A DNA stretch of 64,000 nt from an uncultured delta proteobacterium (GCA_963733195.1 CAVTCR010000056.1:1-64000); one strand, 5' to 3'. Counted from the stretch's first letter, positions 42,891 through 53,626 are shown. A program made the numbers and translations. Notes: a model not told the origin generated them from the sequence alone.

Positions 42891-43805
42891 ATATAATCTC
42901 TTGGAATACCACTCTCTAGCTTTTATGCATGTACATGACCCCGGAGTGAGTAGTTTATGTTTTGACGCATTGACGCTATGGCAGTTGGGCTATCCAGATC
43001 AAGCCCTGAAGAATAGTCAATCGGCGGTTTCTCTGGCTCGAAAAGTGGCCCGTCCTTTTAGCTTAGCGTATGCTCTGGACTTTGCGGCTTGGTGCCATCA
43101 ACTCCGACGAGGAAGCAGAAAGCCAAAGTGCAGGCCGAAGCCGGAATTGCCGTTTCGAGTGAGCACGGAATCCCCATGTTTTCAACCATGGGTACTATCT
43201 TTCGAGGTTGGGCCCTTATAGAGCAAGGACAGGAAGAAGAAGGAGTTGCGCAGATATGCCAGGGACTGGCTGGTTTTAGGATTAGTAGTGGGGGAGAGTG
43301 CTTGCGACCACATCTTCTTGCTCTACTGGCAGATACGTATGTAGAGGTGGGGAAAGCCGAAGAAGGGCTGAGTACATTGCCGAAGCGCTGGCGCTGGTCA
43401 ATAGAACAGGAGAGCGTTCCTACGAAGCCGAACTCTATCGACTCAAAGGCGAGCTCTTCTTCGCAGGAAAGTCCAAAGTCCAAAGTTCCGAAAGTCCAAA
43501 GTCCCAACGCCCAGAATCCTAAATCCCAAGGTAGAGGCCGAAGAATGTTTCCTCAAAGCCATCGAGATATCCCGCAAGCAACAAGCTAAATCGCTCGAAC
43601 TGCGTGCGGTGATGAGCCTTGTCCGTCTTCGACAACAACAAGCGATGCAGTCCGCATCACGTGATACGCAACACGAAGCACGTAACATGCTCGCCGAAGC
43701 TCACAAGATGTTGTCTGAGGTTTACAATTGGTTCACTGAAGGGTTTGATACGAAGGACTTGCAAGAGGCGAAGGGATTGTTAGAAGAGTTGATGGAAGAC
43801 AAGCT

Positions 43806-44108
43806 ATGAGAAGAACCATAAAACCTCTTATTCGTGAAGTTGTTGGAGGAGAACCATATGAGTATTACCCTGTTGGTCGTCACATTGTGGTTGCACCAGG
43901 AGTGTGTGGCGGACGACCGACTTTCAAGTATACCCGGATTGACGTCCGACATGCGTTGAGCCTGCTCGCTGCCGGGCGGACAGTCGAACGTGTAGCGCAA
44001 GGCTACCAGATCCCTGTCGCAGCAGTACGAGAAGCACTTACACTAGCAGCGAAGGCACTAGACCAGAAAACTCGAAGCTTGGGGCAAGAACTGGCAGAAC
44101 GTGCATGA
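43806..44108 (+). CDS. DUF433 family antitoxin-like protein
   Basis: IVVAPGVCGGRPTFKYTRIDV..VREAL signature; overlaps the cyclase stop (ATGA). Confidence 0.85.
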   Translation: MRRTIKPLIREVVGGEPYEYYPVGRHIVVAPGVCGGRPTFKYTRIDVRHALSLLAAGRTVERVAQGYQIPVAAVREALTLAAKALDQKTRSLGQELAERA

Positions 44109-44515
44109 TTGTCCTCGATGAAGAGCTGCAAGGGTTAGGACTGGAGGAAGAAATCTCAAATTGGTATCGCGGGTCTGTCCTTCTGATCAAAGCCTTACGG
44201 CCAGGAACTGTCATTAAGGACGAAGCAGTTCCAAGCTTACTGCGTCAGGTCAGGCAACCTACTTTCGTAACAATCAACCATAGCGATTTCTGGCGACGGG
44301 CTGCTGCTGAAAAATCTTTTTGCTTACTCTGTTTCAAACTCACTGCTGACCAAGTCGATGAGCTTTCCTACTTGCTACGGCGGATCTTCAAGATTCCAGA
44401 ATTCCAGACGAAAAGCATGCGAATGGGGAAAATTGCCTTAGTCAGTCAACGAAACCTTCAGTATTACGACGTTCACGACAGACTCATCCATTTCCTTGGT
44501 TGGCCAACCATATAA
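44105..44515 (+). CDS. PIN-like (VapC45/DUF5615-type) toxin
   Basis: MIVLDE start, [12 protein letters not shown]; ATGA-coupled to the DUF433 gene. Confidence 0.65.
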   Translation: MIVLDEELQGLGLEEEISNWYRGSVLLIKALRPGTVIKDEAVPSLLRQVRQPTFVTINHSDFWRRAAAEKSFCLLCFKLTADQVDELSYLLRRIFKIPEFQTKSMRMGKIALVSQRNLQYYDVHDRLIHFLGWPTI

Positions 44516-44613
44516 GTGAGTTTGAGGATGAGGATAGTCTCAACCTTGACATCTCCCTCAGCCCCGGCGCATACTCGCTTCCTCTTTCTGCTGAAAAAAG
44601 GAGAGTCCTTGGC

Positions 44614-45819
44614 ATGCAACAGGCACTCAGCGGCATTCGCGTTGTTGATCTAACGCACTACATCGCCGGTCCATACTGCACCAAGCTGTTAGCCGATTAT
44701 GGTGCACAGGTGGTGAAGGTCGAGAGACCTGGTGTCGGAGACGGCGCGCGTACGTTACCACCGTTCTTCGCGAACACACCAGGGTAGGAACGCAGTGGTC
44801 TCTTTTGTTTTCTGAATACCAACAAGCAGGGTATCACGCTTGACCTCAAGCAGGATCGTGGACGTGAGGTTGTACTCCGGCTTGCTCAGAGTGCAGATGT
44901 GCTGGTGGAAAATTTTCGCCCTGGGGTGATGGATCGCTTGGGGCTCTCACGTGCAGATCTGGAAAAGGTGAATCCACGCTTGGTGACAGTGTCGCTCTCC
45001 AATTTTGGTTCTTCGGGACCTTATCGCGATTACCAAATGACTGATGGTGTTGCCTATGCGTTAGGGGTCTGGACCTATCCGATGGGTGAAGTTGATCGTC
45101 CTCCGGTACAACCTGGTGGTGCGTTTGGGCAATATATGGCTGGGCTCTATGCGGCAATCGGTGCGTTGCAAGCCGTGCGTCATCGTAATGAAACTGGGCA
45201 AAGCCAGTCAGTCGAAGTCTCAATCCAGGAAGCGCTGGTCGCGACCACGTTGTATGACTTCGTCGCGTTTTCATACGCTGGCTTCTTACGCAAGCGTTCT
45301 GGTCGTCAGTTTCATCTCGGTTACCCGAATCTAGTCACGTTGCCGTGCGCGGATGGGTATGTCGGTTTCCATGCCGGATTGCCACAACATATTCACCATC
45401 TGTTAGAACTCGCCGGGCGACCAGATCTTGCGGCTGAACCACGTTTCAACAGTCTGGCGACGATCGGAGCGCACGCAAAAGAATTGCATGATGTCCTAGA
45501 GCCGTGGTTGAAGACACGCGGAAAATGGGAAGTGTTCCATACTGCGCAGAAACGCGGCATTCCGACCTCACCAATTCCAACACCTGACGAAGTCGTGAAC
45601 TGGCCACATCTCAAAGAGCGACAGGCGTTCATTGAGGTTGAGCATCCAGAAGGTGGGAAAGTGAAAATTCCCGGACCGCCGTTCCGTGAGCAAGGTAAAC
45701 TACCCTGGCCGTTGCGTCGCGCGCCACTGCTCGGGGAGCATACGGAAGAGGTACTGTGTGGGAAGCTCGGGTATAGTGCGGCGGAGGTGCGGGGGATGCG
45801 GGAGAAGGGGATTGTTTAA
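44614..45819 (+). CDS. Family III CoA-transferase (CaiB/BaiF) with one in-frame TAG
   Basis: [23 protein letters not shown]; TAG at 44785-44787; same frame continues [33 protein letters not shown]. Confidence 0.85.
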
Positions 45820-45915
45820 AATGCAGAATGATGAATGCAGAATGATGAATGTCAAAGAGAAAACATCGATTGTTTCACTTTTTGGCTGGCTACTGATAGC
45901 TGAGAACTGATAGAT

Positions 45916-45967
45916 GTAGGGCGGGCTGTGCCCGCCAGTGAGAGACGGCAGGCGTAGCCTGCCCTAC
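45916..45967. repeat. GTAG-type REP pair
   Basis: GTAGGGCGGGCTGTGCCCGCC..GGCAGGCGTAGCCTGCCCTAC. Confidence 0.75.
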
Positions 45968-45981
45968 AGGAGAGTGTAATC

Positions 45982-47187
45982 ATGACCAAACCACTCCGTA
46001 TCATTGATCTCACTAATGGTTGGGCGGGACCGCTAGGCACGTGCTTGATGGCAGACTTTGGTGCCGAGGTGATCAAAGTCGAATCGCCGTCACACATGGA
46101 CTGGTGGCGTGGTGCCGGACTGCAAGGAAGCGCTGACGGGCCGAAGTTGTACGAGGCATCACCAACCTTCAACACGGTCAATCGCAACAAATACGGAATT
46201 GCTCTCGAACTGATGCATCCACGTGGACGGGAGTTGTTCCGTGAGTTAGTGAGAGTCAGCGATGTGCTTGTCGCGAACTATCCCTTACGGAGCCTGCGCA
46301 AGCTCGGAATCGACTTTCAGGCACTCTCTGCCGTCAATCCTAATTTGGTGATGGTGACATTGCCTGCGTTCGGCGGCAGCGGGCCAGACAGTGAATACGT
46401 CGGCTTCGGTTGTACGACCGAAGCAATGGCCGGGATTACTGGCGTGAGCGGTTACACTGATGGACCGCCACAGATGTTGAGTAACGCGATTGGTGACCCA
46501 GGCACAGCGCTCAATGGCTGTTTCGCGACGCTTGTTGGTTTGTTCGAGCGTGACCGACGCGGAGCAGGTGTTTCCATTGATCTGTCTCATGTGGAAGGGC
46601 TTTTGCCGATGAACGCCGAGGCGTTGCTAGACTACACCATCAACGGCGTTGTGCAGGGACGCCGAGACAACCGCCATCCTACGATGGCTCCGCATGGATG
46701 CTATCCGTGTAAAGGTGATGACGAATGGTTGATGATTACCATCGCGTCTGATGCTCAGTGGCAAAAGTTCTGTCAGGTGTTGGGAAACCCGACCTGGGCT
46801 CAACGTGAACAATTTGCTACGGCTGCCGGAAGAAAAGCAGCGGAAGATGAACTCGACCGCCACATTGCTGAATGGACCAAAGAGCATGACCACTACGAAG
46901 CCATGGAATTGTTGCAAAATGCTGGTGTGGCTGCTGGTGCAGTGATCTCAGGTTTGGAAGTGTTGAGCGATGCCCACATCACTGCGCGTGAATTTATGTT
47001 GCCAATCGACAAAGCCGAAGCAGGAACGCATCTCTATCCTGGATTCGTGCCGCGATTTTCTCCGGATACATCCACTCTGGAGCGACCCGCGCCCTGTTTT
47101 GGTGAGCATAATGACTATGTCTTCGGGACGATTCTTGGGTTGCCGTCGCAAGAAGTGGAAACTGCTCGTGAAAGAGCGCATTATTAG
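45982..47187 (+). CDS. Family III CoA-transferase (CaiB/BaiF)
   Basis: IIDLTNGWAGP, VIKVES, NRNKYGIALEL, AIGD catalytic Asp region, PHGCYPC, APCFGEHN. Confidence 0.9.
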   Translation: MTKPLRIIDLTNGWAGPLGTCLMADFGAEVIKVESPSHMDWWRGAGLQGSADGPKLYEASPTFNTVNRNKYGIALELMHPRGRELFRELVRVSDVLVANYPLRSLRKLGIDFQALSAVNPNLVMVTLPAFGGSGPDSEYVGFGCTTEAMAGITGVSGYTDGPPQMLSNAIGDPGTALNGCFATLVGLFERDRRGAGVSIDLSHVEGLLPMNAEALLDYTINGVVQGRRDNRHPTMAPHGCYPCKGDDEWLMITIASDAQWQKFCQVLGNPTWAQREQFATAAGRKAAEDELDRHIAEWTKEHDHYEAMELLQNAGVAAGAVISGLEVLSDAHITAREFMLPIDKAEAGTHLYPGFVPRFSPDTSTLERPAPCFGEHNDYVFGTILGLPSQEVETARERAHY

Positions 47188-47219
47188 CAAGGAGCCGATT
47201 TTTCCGGCGTGATGATCTG

Positions 47220-47663
47220 TTATACGAGAGGAAGGGCTGCGAGAATTTCGCAGGACGTCTCTCTGCCTCGATCGGTTGCGATCGAAATCGCCACTCGAAA
47301 CTCGCAAGGGTCAACCCTGATTTTGCCACTACTGCATACTGGTAGGCATCATTCCAACAATCGAGGATTAAAGTCTTTTGCGTATCGACAACCGCTGCCA
47401 TAACTTCTGGAGATATGCCTATGCAGGCGCTACATCCAGTATCAAGTAGCATATCCCTTCGGGGAGACGTGCTGAAAGGCTCGATGGCGCTTTCGCCGAA
47501 AGAGGCTCACAGCAGCGGCTAGCGAACGTAGGCGACGAAATCAGAGCACGGAAAGAACTCATTTCTGATGCACTTTTGGAGAAGCTGCTCCTGCTTCGTG
47601 AGCCGCTCTCTTGCTTCAGGGAGGATTTCCAGTGTCAGCATTGGTGTCAGAAGGAGATTTCAT
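47220..47663 (-). pseudogene. PIN/VapC toxin, heavily indel-damaged
   Basis: Fragments MKxLxDTN..LEIL, DAYQYAV..GLTLASF..DFDR..RGR; overlaps the DUF2281 gene. Confidence 0.65.
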
Positions 47664-47886
47664 TTCTCTTCGAGCACGCCAGTCTGAGATTTAATGTTGA
47701 AGTCTCGCTAGATGTATATGCATCTCGTAAGTCTTTGAGTGCTCCAGCCCAGGAAAATGTAGGTTGATGTCTTGGCCGTTTATTCCGCTGCTCCAACAAA
47801 AATATGACAAAGTCTCTCACTTCTTCTTGGTAATCTGGCGGAAGTTCTTTCACCAGTTCCTCCAGAGATCGCGAGTGTTCTTGCAT
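47660..47886 (-). CDS. DUF2281 family antitoxin-like protein
   Basis: LEELVKELPPDYQEEVRDFVIFLL..FSWAGALKDLRDAYTS. Confidence 0.8.
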
Positions 47887-50800
47887 ACGTCCATCCTTTC
47901 GACTTCAGTATAATGCCTCACTGCCCTCAATTCTTCCAACAACGCTTTGGCTTCTTGCAAATCTTTGGTATCAAAGCCTTCGGTAAACCAGTTGTAGACT
48001 TCGGATAACATCTTGTGAGCTTCGTCGAGTCTGGTGCGTGTGTCGTGTTGCGTGGTACGTGATGCGGACGGTGTTGCTTGCTGCTGTCGCAGTCGTACCA
48101 GGCTCATTACTGCACGCAGTTCGAGGGATTTGGCTTGTTGCTTGCGCGCGATGTCAATGGCTTTGAGGAAGCATTCCTCTGCCTCGGCTTGGGTGCTAGG
48201 GGTTGGGTGCTGGGGGTTGGGGACTGATAACTGAGAACTGACGACTGACAACTTTTGCAGAGTGAGTTCGCCTTTCAGCCGATACAGCTCGGCTTCGTAG
48301 AACCGCTCTCCAGTTTTGTCTGCACGATCACCAGCGCTTCGGCCAGTGCATCCAGTCCTTCTTCAGCTTGTCCACTTTTCCCATACGCCTCGGCTAAGAG
48401 CCCTAGCCAATACGACGCTGTATTCTTCTGCCCCTGTGGCCCGGAAGGCAGCCAGAGCCCTGGTGTATCTCTGTAATTCCCTCTTCTTCTTGTCCTTGCT
48501 CGGCGAGCGCCCAGCCTCGCAGATACGTGTCCCATCGCCAAGAGTAGCGGAAACCCTTGCTCGGTCGAGAGTGTAATAGCTGCCTCGTGCTCTGCTCTCT
48601 GGACTGCCTGTCCCTCCCGGCGGTAGCTGATAGAACGCAAGCAGCAAAGCACAGAGGCAAAAGCTAAGCTAAAGGGATGCGATCAGCTCCTGAGCTAGGG
48701 CGAGCGCCTCGTTGCTCCTTTTGAAAGCCTGGTCTGGATAACCCAGCAACCACAAGGCTAAGGGCAGCAAAGGATCAGCAGACATTACTCCAGGATCGTA
48801 TCCGTAGAGAAAAGGCAGGGAGCGATGCTGCTGTGGGTCGTAGAGGGAATGCCTTGCTCCAGGTGCTCTCGGGCAGCAGTAAACTCTCCCAGAAGCAGTA
48901 CAAGTATTCCCTAGCGCCAGTGGGCCTCCAAGAAGAGAGCTGGGTCTTGTGCTCGCTGGGCCAGGCTGAAGAATTGCTCCGCCAGCTCGTGCGCCGTCTG
49001 GTATTCCGCCCGCACAAGATAAAATGACCCACAGTCCCTATAGGACCGGGAAGAGCTGTGGGGTTTCTCCCATCTGCTCGCATAAGTTCCCGCGCTCGGG
49101 TGTAGACTGTTTCTACCTCGGGGAGCCGCAAAGCCTGTGGTGGCTATGCAGCGGCACGCCAGGGCGATTTGCAGAGTCGAGTTCTTGCTGGGCGCGCTCG
49201 GGCTGTCTGGCAGAGTCTTGAGCAGCTCCAAGGCATTCGTGAGGTGACTGATCGCTTCCGCATTCGCCGACCGCTGCACGGCTTGTTGTCCAGCAAGCTG
49301 GAGATAATCCACTGCCTTCTGTGTATTGCCACTGCGGCTGTAGTGATGGGCTAAGGCGCTGTAGTGATCATCAAGCTTGTAGCGATAGACTTCTTCGATC
49401 GCTCGTGCGGCACGTTCGTGCAGCACTTTGCGTCGTTCTTGTAACAGTGAGTTGTAGGCTACTTCTTGGGTGAGCGCATGCTTGAAGATGTACTCAACAT
49501 CTGGAAAAGCCGGTTGTTCGTAAATGAACTCTGCTGCCTGGAGATGGGCGAGCTGGCCGTAGAGTTCTGTTTCTGGTTGCGCGACGACTCTTTTCAGCAG
49601 GCTTGCGGAGAACTCCCGCCCAATCACCGCCAGTGTTTGCAGTAGGCCTTTCTCGTCAGGCGGCAGACGATCCATGCGGGCGGCAAGTATGCCTTGAACC
49701 GTGGTGGGAAGACGCAGGTCAACATACTGGTGGGCAATGCCCACCCTACGCGGATCGGTCAATATTCCCTGTTCGCGCAACTCCTGCACGATCTCTTCCA
49801 TGAAGAAGGGGTTGCCTTCGGTTTTGTCAAGGATGAACTGCCGTAGGGGCGCAGCATGCTGTGCCTCTACATCGCCTAACAACACCGTCAACATCTCCTC
49901 TGCTTGTTCTCGCCCCAACGGGTCGAGCCGTAACTGGGTGTAATAGCCTTTGTTGCTCCAATCATGGCGATACTCGGGGCGGTAGTTCACCAGCAGGAGA
50001 ATTCTGGCAGTCGGAATACTTTCGCTGAGCAACGTGAGGAACGTTTGTGTTTCGGCGTCCAACCAATGCAAGTCTTCAAAGACGAGGATGAGCGGTTGGT
50101 TGAGGCTTTCACGGAGCAAGAGTCGTTTTATTGCGTCGAGAATCCGTCGTCGTCGGATTTGCGCGTCCATCTGCTGCAACGGCGAGGTTGGTTCGGCAAT
50201 GCCCAGCAAGAAGAACAGATAGGGCAGGACATCTTCTAAGCTACGATCGAGCGTGAGTACACGGCCAGTAATTTTCTCGCGTCGTATCCGTTCATCGTCG
50301 TGAAGTCCGAGTTGAAAATAGTTCTTCAACAGATCGATGAGCGGTAGGTAGGGATACGCTTTTCCATGCGAGACCGAGAACGTTTCCAGCACCAGGCACC
50401 GTTGGGTGGGAAGGGCAGTACGACCATAGGCGGCAAGAAACTCGAAGAACAGTCGAGATTTTCCCACACCCGGTTCGCCCACCACGCCGGCGATTTGACC
50501 ATGCCCGGCTTTGGCTAATTCCCATACCCGCCGCAATTGTTCCATTTCACTCTGGCGTCCGACAAAGCGCACCAACCCCCGCCGCGCTGCCACCTGCAGC
50601 TTGGTGCGTAGCGGACCAACGCCAGAGACTTCGTAAATATGGACGGGCTCAGTGAAGCCTTTGATCTGTGCTGGACCTAGCGACTTAAAATCAAAATAGC
50701 CTTCGGTGAGTTTATGCGTATGTTCGCTGACGACGATTGCCCCCGGCGTGGCGAGGTTCTCCATGCGTGAGGCGAGATGCGTCGATTGTCCCACTGGCAC

Positions 50801-51485
50801 GTAATCTGTATGCAAATCATCTTTACGGATCGAACGGAGTACGACCTCACCTGTGTTGACACCCACGCGAATTTGTAGCGTGAGTCCTTTCTCCCGTCGT
50901 AGCTGTTCCGCTTGTTTTCTACTTTCTTCTTGCATAAGCATTGCGGCATACAACGCACGTTGGGGATGATCCTCATGGGCAATCGGGGCGCCGAAGAGGG
51001 CGAAGATGCCATCCCCTATAGACTGCGCGACGTAGCCCTCATAGCGATGCACCGCATCCATCATGCACTGCAAAACGGGATCAAGGATTGCCCGGGCTTC
51101 TTCAGGATCGAGATCGTGAATCAGGTCGGTTGAACCTTTGATATCGGCAAAGAGGGCAGTAATACTCTTACGCTCGCCATCTGGTGCGCCGCGGGCTTCC
51201 ATGGCTTCCCGCTCGGCCTGAATCCGTTCGGCAAGGTGACGAGGGGTATAACTTGCTGGGGGCTGGGAACTGACAACTGATAACTGAGTAACTGACAACT
51301 TTTTTTGTCTTTTGCCTTTTGCTTTTTGTTTTGCCCGTAAGGGTCGTACCGCATTCGCCACAAAACTTGGCGGTTGGCCTGACCTCACGCCCGCAACTCG
51401 GACACGCCTGCACCAGCTTGATGCCGCATTCCTCGCAGAACTTCGTGCCTTCAGGGTTCGCAAACCCGCAGCTTCCGCATTGCAT
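47850..51485 (-). CDS. Double zinc ribbon + class III cyclase + AAA/STAND ATPase + TPR protein (frameshifted)
   Basis: CGSC..CEEC..CPSC..CGEC, ERKSITALFADIKGST, GEPGVGKS, FEDLHWLD, FKHALTQEVAY, WFTEGFDTKDL. Confidence 0.9.
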
Positions 51486-51621
51486 GTTGTCTCTTTACTC
51501 TTCTGCGCAATACAGGGCAAGGAAAAGGAATGTTCGCGTTCATCCTTCGACTTCGGCGCTTGCGCCTACGCTCAGGACGAACGGTAAGATAATCTAGGCC
51601 GGTTCTATGAGCCGCTAGCTC

Positions 51622-52240
51622 CTAATCCCTAATCCCTTTTTCTGGAACATACTCAATCGGTGACTTGGAGAAATCCCACGCCTGGATCTTCTTGGGAACA
51701 ATCTTGGTGAAGACGCGCCCGATGTTGTCTTTGAAAATTTGGCTGTTCTCGATGCCTTGCTGCGGCGAACATGCCACGAAAAGCTTCGCGGGTCATACCT
51801 AACGCGCCATCGCGTTCAAACAATCCGTAACGGTTCGAGAGCATCGCCACCCCTTGCTCAGGGGTGTACTCCCCTTTCCACGGGCCAGCATCAATAGTCA
51901 CTTTCTGTCCTGATCCGACTTCAGTCATCTGTGCATCACCGAAAATCAGTACCGCTTTGGCGAGGTTGCTGCGCATGCCCATCAACGGTCGATCGTCCAT
52001 ATCGACCACTACCGAACAGCGGGGATTGCTCTTCAGGTTCTTGCACGATTGGCGGTTACGCGTCAGCGAAACATAGAAGCACTCCCCATCCCAGTAGTAC
52101 CAAAGTGGAGCGATATGCGGGTATCCGTCTATCCCATGTGTTGCCAAGCGGGCAATCCAGCGACCAGAGAGAAACTCGTCAATCTCCTCTTTTGTCATTG
52201 CCACGTGTGGATGCCACGCTAAGACTCCGCTGACTTTCAT
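51622..52240 (-). CDS. Pyridoxamine 5'-phosphate oxidase (PPOX/split-barrel) family protein
   Basis: MTKEEIDEFL..ARLAT..GYPHIAPLWY..NLKSNPRCSVVVD; C-terminus IQAWDFSK after an indel. Confidence 0.8.
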
Positions 52241-52484
52241 ACACACCTCCGGGAAGCTGTCAGCTACTCAGCCGTCAGCTGTCAGTCCTTTTCTTACCAC
52301 AGAGACCGTGCTTCTTGACAGAGGGAAGGGGAAGCGAGTAGGATCGCTTCCAGGAAAGTAGAAAATGAACGCGGAATGCTGAACGCTGAACGGAAGACGA
52401 AGGTCGAGGATATTCTTTAATTCAAGACTGGGATCTGCCAATACATAGTTTGCATTCGACAATTTTTGGAGTACGAAGGGGGCC

Positions 52485-53600
52485 GTGCAGCTATTGCGCG
52501 AGGGATATCATGAGCAACTGTTTCTGCTCACGAACGAGCGAGGGGAAGCGATCGTTCGTAAACAAGCAAAGCCTAAGCCCGACGGGACGTTACTGACTGA
52601 AATCGCGTGGCTGGAAGAACTCCCTCCGCGCTGCCGTCAGCATTTTCCTCGTGTGCTTCGCTCTCACAAGAAGAGTGATGGGCAGCCATTTTTTTACGAA
52701 ATGCCATATTTCGGGCAAGAGTGGGTGTTGCTGTCTGACTTGATTCTCAGCGGTGCCATTGATCGTCCTCGTGCGCTTGCCTTGATTGCACGAGTAATGC
52801 AGGTGATGTTCGACAACATTTTCCCGACGACCTATCCTGAAGAAACCGCAGCCTATCCCGAGAAGCTCATTCGCCTGCTTGAACAATGCCTCCGGCGGAT
52901 TACTGAACTGCCGGCGTTTCGACCCTTCATCTTTGCTGACACGATTCGCGTTAATGGTGAGGAATGTCGGAATGTGTTCTCCTTGTTAAGAGAGGTCAGG
53001 GCGAACTCGTGGTTACGTGCGACGTTGTGCCCTGCGGTGGTGCGGAAAGTGCACGGCGATTTATATCCAGAGAATGTCTTAATCCGGTTACCAAGTCTGC
53101 GCCGGTCTGTTCCACAAGTGATGATTCTTGACCCAATTGCGGCGATTGGTTTGAACCGGGGTGACTTTGCCATGGATATTGCTAAGTGCAAAAGCTGGCT
53201 ATCGGCAGAGCTGCTCGCGCTGCGCCTTGGGCTCTTTACTATCCAAGAGGAACGTGGTGCATCACCGTCTTTTACGCTGACGTTGCGCATGGAAGATGAG
53301 CAACTCCGCGCCTTGAGTGATGGATTTTTATCGCACGAGTTTCTTCAGTTCTTCGGTTCGACACAATGTTCACGCACAGTATGTGATGAAGATCCATCTT
53401 GGCAACGGCGTGTTAGCTTTTACGAAGCGCTCTACGCGCTGAGCATGGTTCCACTGGTGCCGACGTGGCAGAGCCTCGCACGCTTCTTGGTCGGGGTGCA
53501 GCACTTCCATACGTTCGTTTCTGCTTCGCGCGCTGATGGGTTATCCGTTGCTAGCCGGGAGCCCAAGTCGCTCAATTCCATACTGACTACTGGCTACTGA
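52485..53600 (+). CDS. APH/choline-kinase-like phosphotransferase
   Basis: IVRK, EIAWL, YEMPY hinge, HGDLYPEN catalytic loop, ILDP, DIAK. Confidence 0.7.
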   Translation: MQLLREGYHEQLFLLTNERGEAIVRKQAKPKPDGTLLTEIAWLEELPPRCRQHFPRVLRSHKKSDGQPFFYEMPYFGQEWVLLSDLILSGAIDRPRALALIARVMQVMFDNIFPTTYPEETAAYPEKLIRLLEQCLRRITELPAFRPFIFADTIRVNGEECRNVFSLLREVRANSWLRATLCPAVVRKVHGDLYPENVLIRLPSLRRSVPQVMILDPIAAIGLNRGDFAMDIAKCKSWLSAELLALRLGLFTIQEERGASPSFTLTLRMEDEQLRALSDGFLSHEFLQFFGSTQCSRTVCDEDPSWQRRVSFYEALYALSMVPLVPTWQSLARFLVGVQHFHTFVSASRADGLSVASREPKSLNSILTTGY

Positions 53601-53626
53601 CTACTGGCTACTTTTGGGAGGAATCT

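Larger units (their letters stand above)
38025..43809 (+). pseudogene. Class III cyclase + AAA/STAND ATPase + TPR protein interrupted by two IS elements
   Basis: MTFDEVLAQV N-terminus, RRQLTVMFCDLVGST, GETPNIAARIQ, GEPGIGKS Walker A, WEDLHWAD, FKHALIQDTAY, WFTEGFDTKDL; the reading frame rejoins when each IS and one target copy are removed. Confidence 0.9.

Noticed and set aside
46994-47452. Aspartyl protease suggested by LLDTG
   Set aside because: Flanking fragments (DTN, DAYQY, SF..DFDR) and coupling to a DUF2281 gene identify a damaged PIN toxin.
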